A stretch of 64,000 nucleotides of DNA, from the NCBI GenBank assembly GCA_001179505.1, contig CDMY01000520.1, positions 290,038-354,037 of the forward strand. The letters run 5' to 3'. The position numbers were made by a program, and so were the translations under genes. Position 1 is the stretch's first letter. Each line of letters starts with the position of its first letter. This DNA comes from Vitrella brassicaformis CCMP3155. Taxonomy: Eukaryota > Protista > Chromerida. The notes beneath the pieces are model-generated. The model ran no database searches. It had not been told where the DNA came from and was given only the letters and a program-made list of their open reading frames with translations. This document shows, in pieces, positions 49,976-62,456 of the stretch.

Positions 49976-52900
49976 TCACTTGCCGGCCTTCTTGACGCTT
50001 CCTCGCAAGTTCTGGCCCAGCAGCTTGACTAACCGGTGGCTCACAAATGTCACACCACTGCATCCATACATACACCCACGCATCGCATCCAGCCATAGCG
50101 AACAGACAAAGGACATATGATGCCATTTCACCCACGTACCCGTCGGCAAAGGTACGCTCTGCCTTGCCGGCACGTTTCAGCTCACGAAGCCTGCAGACCA
50201 GACAAGACACGCACACACCCACACACACGCGCCCCGCATGCGGGCAGACAGGCGTATGATGTGTGTCTTCATTTCCACCCTCTCCCTCCCTGCCTCCCTC
50301 TCTCACGTGTCTGGGAGTATGTAGAATTTGAGTAGCGTCTGCTGCACACGGCCCACCCCCAGGATGCACTGCACGCACCAGCTATCCGCGCTAGTGCACT
50401 TGAACACAAACGATATCCGCCGGACTTTCTTGTAGTCGAACTTCTCACCAGGAAGCAGCCGCACCACCGTCTGCACACAGCACAGCACGAGACAGACACA
50501 GCAGGGAGGAGACACAAGTAGTACTCGCAAGCTGTGGGCATGCAGTGAGTGCAGTGAGTGCATTCATTGTATGGTCGACCTGTTTATGCAGCGCTCGGTA
50601 AGGGAATACGGCGAAGGGCGGCCGCACCCATGTGATGGTGGGGTCTTGCGTGATGGCAACCTCGCCCTCCTGGGCCTTCTCGGCACCGCGCACAGCTATG
50701 AACTTGATGCTCACCTCCTCATCCTACATGTATGTTGCAGTGCCACACACACGCAAAACCAAAGGCAACGGACGGACAAGACAAGAATGCATGGATGGGA
50801 TGGGGAGTGGTGTATGACATGCCAACCGACCGCGGCTGTGTCGAGGATGTCTCCCTCGACCATTGTGTGTGGGTGTATGGACAGCTGCAGCAGTTCGTGG
50901 GCGGCCGCTGTGTCCTCCTGCAGCTGAGCTTGGTACGCCGCCTCGGCTGACTGAATCGCCACCAGACCTGCCTGTACCCGTCCATCCATCCATCCATCCA
51001 GACAGACAGGCAGACAGGGAGGGAGGGAGGGAGGGAGGGACGGAGTGAGGGAGTAACGCAATGATCGTGGTTGGTGGTGCGGGCTTACATTGACTTTCTG
51101 CATGTAGTTGTAGAACTTTCTTCTGGTCTTCAGGTCCTCCAGCAGCCACAGAGCATACGCCTCACCCGCACCGGGAATCTCCCTCATGAGCTTCAGGTGT
51201 TCGATCATGTCACTGATCCGCTCGGCCAGGTTGTAGTCGGGCGGCTGTCGGTTCAGCACCACCCGCCGCATCGACTGCAGCTCCTTGGCAAACGACACGA
51301 AGTTCAGGTGGTAACTCTCCACTGCGGGCAGGTCCAGCAGCAGCCGCACAAACAGCACGCGGGGCTCGCGAGGGTCAGGGGCGACGTAGCGCAGCAGCGG
51401 GGAGACCACCACATTGCCTTCCTGCAGGTCAGGTAAACACATGTGGCGGTGGTTTGCAGCACACAGCACAAGGGTGTTCATGCCTAACATACGTGTGTGT
51501 AGGCGAGCTGCCGGGGAGCCAGCTGTTGTGGCACCGGGCAGCGAGAGACCGGGCAAAACATCAGGTTCTTGTGCCTGATTGATCGACAGAGAAAATGTTG
51601 AATGTATGTAGAGGCATGTGTGTGTGTGGGTGGATAGGGTATGCTTTCGTTTGTCTGTACTCGAGGAGGAATCTGCTGTGTATCTGGAAGTTGTATGCCG
51701 TGTCGTCCATCTCAATCCGCTGCAGGAGCTCAGCCGAGAAGGGCGGCTCCCGGCCGTCGGCTATCTCCCTCACCAGCTGGTAGACCCTGTCGTATGCCGC
51801 GATGGCCACTTGGTCCTCATACAGAGCCAGCAGATTGACAATCCCCGCCAGCAGTGCAGGCTCCATGGTGACGAAATGGCGCTTCAGGTCGTAATGCGAC
51901 AAATAAATGCCCACAGTGAGCTGCAGGAGAGAGATCCCACACAACACACACAGAGAGAGATAAGTGCTTGCGTGCGTGTGGTTGGCTTTTTGCCTACGGG
52001 TCACCCACATCGACGTCGAGAGTGTCTTCCATCGAGCAGAAGTCGTCAACAAAGGTCAGCAGCGGGTCGATGATAACGGTGGTCGCCTGCGCAATGTAGG
52101 GCGCCAGCACCGCCACCTTGTAATCCTTCATGACGAACATCTCCATGAAAGTGGAGACCTCCTCCAGGCTGCCAGCCACCCTGCCCAGACGCACTTGCAG
52201 CGCTTCCACGAAATGGGGGTAGCCGCAAGAAGCTGATTAATGGCAGACCAACGTCCATCGTCCATCAATTCACCGTCTTAATATGTGTCTGTCGGCGTCT
52301 CACTCACCGAGGAGCTGGTCGCGGTCGGCTTTCAGGAGAGGGTTCCACATGCACTGAGAAAAGAGACACACGGCTCAGTAAATGAAAAGGAGAGGGAGGG
52401 TGCCGCCATACGAAGAAGAGGACACTGAGGATGGGCAGTGCCATGGCCAGCTTCTGCTCGGAATCACTCGCTGCACCCTGCGGTTCATACAGACGGCACG
52501 GACATGACTCGATGTGATGTGCATACACTGCACTGCTTACCCCCTGAGTGGCTACCATGGGAACCTTCTCCCACTTGCGCACCACCAGCCCGTGCATCAG
52601 TGCCACGAGACCTCTCTGGCCCGCAGAGCTTTTCCACCCCCAACATGCAGCCGCGGCGCTCTGCAGGAAGGCCTTGGGCATGTGTTGCATGAAGTACTGC
52701 AGCTCGGCGTAGTAGCGCTGGGCCGTCGCGGCCATGTCTTGCGCCAGAGGGGCTGACAGCAGAAGAGACGGTGGGAGAGACACCAACGACAGGGAAGGTC
52801 CTGTGTGTGTATTGGCTTGCCTTCGTATTTGGTGGGATTGATGCGGAAGGGCTCTGTACACTCCTGGGACAGAACCGCCGCCAGGGAGCTTCACACAAAG

Positions 52901-55900
52901 CCAGCCTCAATGAGCAGCAGCTGGATGTGTGCGGCGTGCGTGCATTTTCTATCGTGCGTACTTTGGGTTGAATACGTTGACGATGTGTTCGATTAGCGGG
53001 GGAATGTTTGCGGGGTGGGTGTTGTACCACGTGAACAAATCCATAAAGAGGGAATACTCTGAACCAACATCGATCGTCGATCGACGAGAGAGCCAATGCA
53101 TCCATCTGTGGCCAACGTGTCTTCACCTGACACAAAAAGAAAGTCCAGGTCGCCTGTCTCCGATATCTCCCGCTCGCCGAGCAGCCGCAGAAAGGCCAGG
53201 AACAGATGGTTCACACGGGAAGTGTCCAGCTCCAAATACAGCTGCACACCGACAAAGAGTGACAGAAGATGCCACCCACGGTGAGCGAATGAGTTTGTGT
53301 CGGTGCTTCGTTCGAGAGGCTCACTTTTTGTGTGAAGTTGGAGATGAGCATCATGTGTTGACTGACGGCTGTCATGTCGTTGTCTTCCTCTGGCGTCAGT
53401 GTCTGCACCAGACGCGTCAGATAGAGAGGCTGCTGCTGCAGTGCGAACAGCAGCTCCAAACAAATGCACACAGACAGAGACATGGAGACACTGTGATGAG
53501 ATGTTAGGCAGAAAGCACGCTGCCTCACGTCGAACACGTGAAGCTTTCAATCAGCTCTTGCGGCGTCGTCCGACTGAGAAGCTCAAAGGTTGAAGCGGAC
53601 ACACAGGTGCGCTGGTTGCTTTGCTGTCACGCACGCACCTGGCCTGAAAATCTCCCTCAGGGCATCCCTTAAGCAGCCCCAGGTTGCGATTGAGCTGAAA
53701 TTCGATCTTATTGTGCAGGTTGGTGAGCGGTGCCTCGCCCTCGCCCAGCGTGAATAGAGTGCTCAGGTGTGCGGCATACAGCCGGATGAGGTCCTCCTGG
53801 TACCAACAGAGCTGCTCCTGCCGAGTCGCCGGTGCCTCGTTCTTGACGATTCGCTGCAGGACGACAAAGGTGACGCTGTCGTCACCCTTCTGCAGGCCTT
53901 CCCAAGCCAGCTGCTCGTCAGGCTTCAACCCCTGAAGAAGAACAATCACGAAGGAGCTGCGTGCCATCATTCGTTCACTCACGGACGTCGTCGAGTTTCT
54001 CTTCTGACGGCGCGAGGTCGACGGCTCTTTTGCCTCTGTTTCAAATGTCTCATGCAGCTGCAGCGGCGACGTCACCGTCTTGCCTCGCTCGATGCCGATG
54101 CCCAGACGACCGTCAGATGGATCGCCCCACACGTACACCACACCCATCCTGTGTATGTGTGTGGAAGGCAGACATCACACACACACACAACACGTCACGC
54201 ACAGATATATAAAGTATGTCAATGGACTGGACGGCGGGTGCTGTGTGGACCGGCATGCCTGGTGATGGCGAGTGAGTGTTTCTTGCCCGTGACGACCTCC
54301 TGTATCGGCTCCTTGAGGCTCTTGACGCACTGGGGCGGCGACACGAACTTGGGCGCGCGGCCGCCCAGGCCCAGCTGGCCTTTGCTGTTGTCGCCCCACC
54401 CCCACAACTGCACTCACTTGACACACACACAGAGAGAAAGGATATGCATCCTCTCGCAGTGTGCCCCCGCTGGCAGCCTCACTCACCCTGCCGTCCTGTG
54501 TCGCGGCCAGTGTGTGTTCGCCGTACACGGCCACACCGACGAAGACGGCCTCCTCACCCGCATCGCCCTTGATGTAGCGGAACACCATGGGGCTCAGCAC
54601 ATGCTCTGTCATGCAAACCCACCGGTCGCGCCCGAACACAAACAGGTCCCCACGAGTCGACAGGGCACACGAGTGGAAATCGCCGACGTGGGCCGCCTTG
54701 ATGCGCACTCGGAGGGGAATATGAACCTAGAAGAGAGGCAGAGAGGAGAGATTGTCAGTCGGAGAATAGGAGCCTATTTCTTACTTTGACAGGAGTGAAC
54801 GCGTTGGTCATTTCTCCAATGCCTAACCGGCCGAACCACCCCCCACCCCATGCATACAGCTCGCCAGTGGGGCACACGGCAAGCGTGTGACACAGACCTG
54901 AGCAGCACACAGCTTGATCGATCATCCTTCTGGCTTTCTGGTTCTGACCAACACACCGGCTCACCTAGGGCGACGCTGCTCACGGGCGCCGGCACGCATA
55001 CTCTCTGCGGCAATACCACCACCCCCGACGACACACCCAGCCCCAGGTCCAGCTTGCCGCTGTCGGCACTTCCCCACATATACAAATCGCCTGACAGCCG
55101 CCACTCCGCACCACCGCTTGCAAAGCTCTCTCCTGCAGCTGCTGCTGCTGCTGGCTGCTGTGGCTGTGGTGGGCCACCTTCCTGTGATGGCGCGGCAGCG
55201 GCATGCAGCTCCTCCGGGTTGCCGTGTATAATGGCGGCAGAGTAGTCGAGCCCGGCAGCCACGTCGATGGCGTTCTTGAGGCCGGAGATCAGCACCGGGT
55301 CCCATGCGTCTCGGATCACCCCGATGCCCAGCTGGCCTTCGCGGCCTGACCCCCAAGCATAGACGTCGCCCGCCTCTGAGACAGCCAGCGTGTGGCTGCC
55401 CCCGCAGGCCACACGAACCAACGGACGCGAGAAGATTTCCAGATGAAAGGGCTCGGGAAAATTCTGATCGATCGAGGGACAAACGAACAAATGACACTCA
55501 GCTGTCGGCCTATCTGCCTATGTGTCTGTTGTATGTACCTGCCTGATGGAGGGTCCCAGCCCCATCTGTGCGTCCTTCCCCCCTCCCCACATGAACAGCT
55601 TGCCATCGCTCGTCAGCGCCGCGTTGTGTTTGTCCCCCGCCGTCAGATACAGCAACTTCTGCTTGGGCTTCAGCAGCGGCTCCATGGCAGGCCCCTCCGC
55701 CTCCCCCTCGCCCTCGGGCGCCTCGGCTGCAGGTGCCTCCTCCGCACCTGGGAGGGAGAACGGTGGAGGGTTGGGGTCGATGTATGGGGCCGCTTCACTG
55801 ACGTCGCCCGTACCGCGCAGCTCCCCAAGAGGCCGGGGATAGGCCTGAGAGAGCATCAACTCGGAGAAACACACGTGTGTCTTCGTCCGTGTCTCCTGCG

Positions 55901-57295
55901 TGCATGTGTGCGTACATAGCTGAGATGGTCGCCTTGCCCGAGTCGATATTGTCCGGCAGCACCCCAACACACAATGTCGTTAGTGTTGAGGAGGATGGCC
56001 ATCGAGTGGTAGGAGCCACTCGCAATGGCTGCCACGGGGCCGGCGAAGCTCGTCACCCGCTTCGGCAGGATCACCTTGCGCGTGTCACATTCTTCTAGCA
56101 GGCCCATGCCGAGCCCACAGCCCCACGCGTAAACTTGGCCGTGGCGTGATAAGGCGAGAGTGTGGAAAGCACCACAGGCGACTTGAACGATCTGGATGCC
56201 CTTGAGCTCTTGCACGAGTCGCGGGTAGACACCGTCGTCCTCATCGCCATGCCCCAGCCTCGCGTATGCGCCACTGCCCCAGGTGAAGACATTGCCACTG
56301 CGGTCAATGCATACGCTGTGGGCCTCCCCGCACGCCACATAGACGATAGCACGGTCCTTCAAAACGTCATTCGACAGCTTCTGTGGCAGCAGGTAGGTCC
56401 GCAGGTTGTTCATGCCGAGCCTGAAGTCGTCTCCGGTTCCCCAAGCGAAGACACCCCCTGCCTCAGTGACGCACAGGGAGTGCTTAGGCCCTCCAGCACA
56501 GTGCACGACTCTCTCCCCGCCCACGGCCACCTTCTTGCCCCGTCGCCATCGCCACTCTGCGCCCTCGCCCACTCCAATGCGAACTGGCGCCCATTCGTCC
56601 TCTGTGTCGCCAGTGCCCAATGCACCCCAGCGGCCAAGGCCCCACACGTACAGGGACCCCGCGTCAGAGATTGCCAGGGTGTGGTCGCTCCCACACGAGA
56701 TGCGGGCGACCATCACGCCTTCCGGGAAGCGGACCTTGACGGGCTTGGGTGTGAACCATGGAGGCTCTGCCTCTCCCTCGTAGCCTCTCGTCCCGCCAAA
56801 GTACTTGTCGTCTCCCACGCCCCACAGGCCCGTGATGCCCAGGCCCTCAGGGTGCTGCTCCCGCCGCTTGCGGAACCCCAGGCGGCCCTTGTTGCCCAGC
56901 CCGAAGGCATACACCCGGCCCCCAATGTCCGTCTCCTTCTTGCAAAGCAGCATCGTGTGGTAGGTGCCGCACGCCACGGCAAAGCAGGGGTGGACGGCGA
57001 AGGAGGCGATGCGCGTGGGGAGCTCGTGGTGGGTGTTGTGAATGCCCGTGCCGAGGACATTGTGCGGGTTTTGGCCCCAGCCAAAGAGCTGCCGCGGGTT
57101 GTCGCCTTTGCTGAGCCTGTTGGGAGGCAGGTGGGCGATGGCGAGGGAGTGGTTGAGGCTGCAGGCCAGACGTGAGATTGTGAAGGGGCCGAAGAGGTCT
57201 GGAGGTGACTTCTCTGTGTCTGCCGCAAGCTCCCCACCCACTCCAGCGGGCACATCAGGCACCAGCTGAGCTGCCCCTCCCGGTTCAGCTTCCAT
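49976..57295 (-). CDS. RCC1-repeat protein fused to an IQGAP-like RasGAP domain, RasGAP_C region and IQGAP-type C-terminus
   Basis: At least 10 RCC1 repeats (e.g. VACGTYHT, GRVYAFGLGNKGRLG, ISCGSDHTLAISDAGSLYVWGLGRWGALG, VACGAFHTLALSRHGQVYAWG). Then ELLFALQQQPLYLTRL, VNHLFLAFLRLLGEREI, FRINPTKYE, LFFCMWNPLL, LAPYIAQATT, LLEDLKTRRKFYNYMQK, PFAVFPYRALHKQ and VTFVSHRLVKLLGQN in the order seen in IQGAP/GAP1-type proteins (by-eye alignment). RCC1 part is very secure; GAP part is moderately secure. Confidence 0.8.
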
Positions 57296-57795
57296 CTGTC
57301 CTGGTCGGGATGAAAGGGGATCGGAGAGAAGGGAAATCTGTGGGAAATCTCTGGGGACAGAGGTTTGGGGCCGCGATCGGCATCATCACCGTAGAGAGAG
57401 AGCGGATGTGAATTGACAAACACTTTGTTTCGTAAGAGCGTGCCACGCTCAGCAAGTTTCGCGAGTCCCGAACAAGAGAGTCAGTCAGATCGCAAGTAGG
57501 GAAAACGTGAGATCTTGCGGTCGTGTGTGATGTGTCATGGCCAGGCTTCCTGTCAGGAGCTTCGCCACGACCTGCACCAGCCGTAGCGAAGGGCCTTACA
57601 GACTGCCTGGCTATGACATACCACCCCGCGACACTCCAAGAGCCTCACACGAAAACAACAGAAGGCACGCTGCACTCGTGGCCGACAGACGCAACATGAT
57701 AAACAAGCAGCCACTGACTGATTCACACTGTGATGCCCCCACGGGGATGCACACACAGATCTCGTCCCAGCACGTCTTGAGTGTCACCACTTCGC

Positions 57796-58257
57796 TCATG
57801 CGTCGATCATGACGTATCCGGCGTCGAGTAGGAAGATGATGAAGATCCAGTTGACGTAGAACAGCCGGTGGTTGATGGACGCCGTCGCGAACTTGGTCGC
57901 CTGGTAGAAGTGCAGCGGCGACTCGGGCGCCCACGGCTTGATCTTCTGCGGCTTCCCCGCCGACTCGATGGCAGGCTTCCCGCCAGCAGGCGCCGTTTCG
58001 GTGGCGAAACCACGAGCACCCTGACATCAACAGGACACAGAGATGGGACGAGTGGGAAGACGGCGTGCTGTCGCCTGTTGGCACCAAGAGGGTCTCTGCG
58101 TTACCTTGGGGCTGCAGCGGAACACATACGATGCCTGAAACACAACACAAAGCAGCAACATCGTGTCACGACTTCCGAGAGGTTGCTTGCACGTGTTGCT
58201 GACCTTGGTCGAGGCCCGCCGAGCAGCCGCACCAGCCAGCATCGGCACAGCTGACAT
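57796..58257 (-). CDS. Small (about 100-aa) putative mitochondrial single-pass membrane protein, 3 exons
   Basis: MSAVPMLAGAAARRASTK|ASYVFRCSPK|GARGFATETAPAGG... has a presequence-like N-terminus ending in RGFAT; C-terminal hydrophobic helix LFYVNWIFIIFLLDAGYVMIDA-stop. Confidence 0.7.
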
Positions 58258-58470
58258 TGGGGAGAGGGAGAAGGTGAAAAGGTTGCGGGGTTTTTCTCGC
58301 GGCGATCGGAGGTGCGAGCCCGAGAGGAGAAGAAGGGCAGAATGTGCTGTGTTACGGCGGCCTGGCCCAGATCCGCGTGAGGAGAGCCGTGCTAGTGCAT
58401 GCCAAAGCGTGCGGCGACTGTGCTTCGGAAGCTTCTTTTGATCTATCGTCAATTCCGTGCCTGCCCGACG
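58258..58470. promoter_or_regulatory. Putative bidirectional promoter between the small mitochondrial gene and the histidine phosphatase
   Basis: 213 bp between divergent ATGs. Confidence 0.4.
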
Positions 58471-60245
58471 ATGCTGTCGCTCTTCTCGTGGATCTTACTT
58501 GGCGGCTCAGCGTACCTCTTCTTCAGCTCGATGAGCATCTTCTTCGCTGATCCCGCCTTCCGCGGCTTCAAGGGCGGCGACACCAAGAGGGACCATGGAG
58601 AGCACCCGCTGTCATTCCTCAACCGCTTCATCGCCCTGCTGCGGGTGTACGTCAAGGTGCTGCGGCAGATGCTGCAGGTGTTCCTGTTCAAGGCCTACCA
58701 TGTAGCATACGCCGTAGCCTTCATGCTGCTGTCGGCCGAGGGCAAGAGCAAGCCCAAGAAGGTGGCGCCTCTCATGGACGGCGCGGCAGAGCCGCAGAAG
58801 GTGGAGAGCAAAACGATGATATTCTTCCGACACGGGTCAGTCAGGCCACACAGTCAGTGCACAGCAGACACACCCAGAGAGGAGGCGGGAACAGGAACAC
58901 ACTCCTGGTTGGTCACTTATTGTATTGTATGCGTTGCGTTGTCCATCGATCCGATCTGTCAGGGAGTCTCAGTGGAACTATTGTTTTAACCGTGGCTTCT
59001 TCAATCTGTCCTTCCCGTTCCGCCTGCTGTCGTCCCTCTACTACGAGTTCATCCTGGGCTTCCACCTCGACTCGGTCTTCGTCGACGCGCCACTCAGCGA
59101 GCTCGGCATAAGACAGTCGTGTGAGGTGAGGGACTTCCTCACCAAGGGCGGCACGCCAGCGTCGCCCGCGACGGGTGTGGACGGCTGGACACCCCTGGCA
59201 CTGGATGAGACCATCGTGCCCATACTCAAGGGCACCGGGGGGCCGCCATCGGTGCTCGTGGCGTCGAATCTCAGGTGGGTGGGGACGGTGAAGGGAGGCC
59301 GGTTGGTTGGTACGTTGATGGATGGATGGATGGCCCTCTCATCCGTGTGTGCATTCGTTGCATGCAATGCAGACGTGCGCTGTCGACGACGTTGATCAGT
59401 TTCGGCGAGCGGCTCAGCCGGTCAAACGAGAAGATCCTCATACACTCTGCACTGCAGGTACCTGCGCCACTCGAGCAACACAGGGCGCGGCGCCTCAGAG
59501 ACCTCTCTCTTTCTCCCCCTCCCCTGCCCTCCCTTCTCTCAGGAGCACACGCGCAACATCGATGGCATCTCGTTGGCCTTCCCCGGCGACGCCCCGCCCA
59601 CCTCCCTCCTCGAGTCGTCCCTGGAGGCACTCGGCGTGCGCAACCTCTACCTCACCCGGCTCGACGCATCCCTCAACCACGGCAACAAGCCCATCAGATC
59701 GCGGGTAACGAAGCGGCTGCAGTCATTCGCGGAGTGGGTGTTTGCCTACCGCCCATCGGTGAATGGCGAGGAGGGCATCAGCGGCACCAGCGGGGGGCCG
59801 GAGGTGGTGATTGTTGGGGGGCATTCGGGGTGGTTCAGACACTTCTTCAGAGCCTACATGCCGGTAGGTACTCATGTGAGCTGACCCGAGCCAAGCAAGC
59901 CTATTGGCGTGTGTGTGATTACTCCTTCCTTGTGTTGGTTGTGTGTAGGGTGATGTGGACCACGTGGCGAAGCGCAAGAAGATAGTGAATGGCGGCATGG
60001 TGCGGTTCACACTACAGAAGCGCATCATCGTAAGCTAAGCGCAGGCCAGGCCACATTCACTTCAGGAACAGCAGACCTTCCAATGCGTTCAATGCATTCA
60101 CGTCATGTGATGTGCATTATGTGATGTGCACTGTGGATGTCATGTGGTGTGTATGTGTGTGTCCTGTTTGGACCAGGGTGAGGGTGTCGACTACCACATC
60201 GACCCCGCGTCGGTCGCCGTCATATACGGCGGGTTTGCCAAGTGA
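58471..60245 (+). CDS. Membrane-anchored histidine phosphatase (phosphoglycerate-mutase-like superfamily)
   Basis: Spliced catalytic motif FFRHG|ESQWN, DAPLSELGIRQS, VASNLR|RALST, IHSALQ|EHTRNID, VIVGGHSGWFRHFF and last exon YHIDPASVAVIYGGFAK-stop; hydrophobic N-terminal segments. Confidence 0.85.
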
Positions 60246-60505
60246 ATGAAATGAATGAAGGCAGCAGCAGTTTGGTTTGCCGGCGGCCCGGCCACGTGTG
60301 TGGGGGGGTGTACATAATGAGTTCATCAGGTGGCTGGCTGCGAGAATATATAGATAGCATTTTGATACTATCTATCGCTCGTCTACAGCTTTTTCTTCCC
60401 GATGGGTGTGAATGTGTGTATGTGACTGTCATTGGTGCGACTGACGGCATGGATGGCATGTACGTCTGTGTGGATGGATGGATGAGCGACAGCACCCATA
60501 TTTGT

Positions 60506-60537
<32 letters not shown>

Positions 60538-60767
60538 GGCGTGTGTGCTCCGTGCCTGCCTGTCCGCCTGTCTGCCTGCCGGGACACCCAGATCCGGGTG
60601 CACGTAGAGACACGACAATGAATCTATGTTGCTCAATTTCCTCTGTTTTGCCGACCTGTTTGCGTCTCTACGTGGCTCTCTGTCTAGCCGGTTGCATGTG
60701 ACTAAATTTCCCTCCTTTGGATGCATTTCATTCATCCGGCGCGCGGGAAGCTCGCACTCTTGGGGAC

Positions 60768-60798
60768 AAACCCCAACCCTTCACCCTAACCCTACCCT
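60768..60798 (+). repeat. Degenerate telomere-like (CCCTAA-type) tract
   Basis: AAACCCCAACCCTTCACCCTAACCCTACCCT: about five imperfect units. Confidence 0.35.
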
Positions 60799-60831
60799 TG
60801 GTTTGGGGAGAAGAGCGACCGCCCTTATCGA

Positions 60832-62421
60832 ATGGGGAGTTTGGTGACAGTATCCAGCAGTCGGCAGGCCGTCCCGCCGGCCAGAGGCGAAGAGCAAATC
60901 GATTTCATCCACAGCCTGGGGCGGGACGCCATCCACACCCTCAAGGACATCGGCATACTCAGATGCACGGCCACCTTCCTATCGCACATAGACTTCTCGG
61001 CTGCCGTCCTCCGCAGTCGGCTGGGGCGCTGCCTGGCGGCCAAACAGCTCGACGGCATCATCGCATTCGATTTGCAGCTGGAGACCAAGCTCGTGTTGAA
61101 GGCCATCTGGCTGGTGGAGACGCAGCAGTGGACCGAGGTGACCAATGCCTGCGCTTCGCGCGGCGGAGGGGCTTCTGCCAGCTGCCGATAACGCTGGCTG
61201 TGGCCGACATGCAGCGTCACGATAGCAAACAGGTGGGCAGATGAGCGTGGGGCGGGGCGGGGGGCACTCATCGGTTTGTCTGTCTGTCTGTCTGTCTATG
61301 GTGTCTGTGTAGGCGTATTTGGCCGATGCGCGTGTGATTGCGTTGTGGAAGATGGTCGGCAGACACGTCAACTTCGGCGGCGAGTTGGGCCGTTTTAAGC
61401 TGTTCGACCAGCCGGGCGGCGGTGTGCGTGCCCTCAAGGACGAGCCGGGCTTCGAGCTGGACATCAACCCGCCCCTCCCCCCACCCACCCATACCAAACA
61501 CACGCCATCAACGACAACCCGCCCGTCCGATCCACAATCCACCCGCAGGGGGGCAGCTGGACGGCCGGTGATGAGGTGTCCACTGATGCCTCGGCGTCGG
61601 CCTTCATCATGGAGACCATCCTGGGCCCTCCAGTGGCGAATGGGGGCAGAACTCCATGTGTTGCCGTGGACCGGTACGCCGGACACACGACACTCAGGCA
61701 CACACACATCGATCCATCAGGGCCTCTTCCCTCTGTTCTGTGTTGGTCTCCTCAGGCATGACCACGGTGGTGTGCTGGACGGCCTCCTCAACCAGTCGCC
61801 CCACCAGCCCCTCAACGGATGCACGGCCGTCGTGGCGAGTACGGTGGACAGTAGCCATTCCCCTGTGGAGCTTCGGCGGCTGTTTCTCACGCCGTTCAAC
61901 GGCCCATTCGTCGCATGGATCGATCTGTGTATCTTCCCCGACACGGACTTAGGTGAGGGAACAAGATGGCAGATTATCTGCTGAGTAAGCCATTCTTCTG
62001 TGTGTTGTTCTGCTGAATGCAGTGAGTGTTTCTGCCGTCACCATCGAGCCGCCAGTGGGTGATCCATCGGATGCCTTCAAGGACCGCCGGCCCACCACCG
62101 CCCCTCTGGTGGGCGGCCCGCTGGGCAGCACCATTGCAGATATGGTCGTCAACCGACAGGAGGAGGACGATAGTGGCGACAGCGATGAGGGTCGGTGTGC
62201 AGCCCGCCGCCTCCATCTCGGTGTGTCTGTCGGATGGATCGGTGTGTGTGGTGGTGCGCAGATGAGGGTGCGGATGACGACGATGGCGATAGTGGTGAGG
62301 GTAAGTGGTGTGTGTGGTGTGTCCAGCCCGCCTTGCTAGGTGTCTTACTGGTATGTTTGTGTGTGTGTGTGTGTGAAGAGGATGGTGCGGATGACGGCGA
62401 CAGCGATGAGAGTGAGTGGGA

Positions 62422-62456
<35 letters not shown>

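Noticed and set aside
53767-54789. 340-aa plus-strand ORF
   Set aside because: Antisense to RCC1-GAP exons and introns; no coherent protein features.
56162-57175. 337-aa plus-strand ORF
   Set aside because: Antisense shadow of the GC-rich RCC1 exon; the minus strand has the clear motifs.
29748-58470. Two divergent spacers of exactly 213 bp
   Set aside because: No sequence similarity seen between them and start codons are inferred; likely coincidence.
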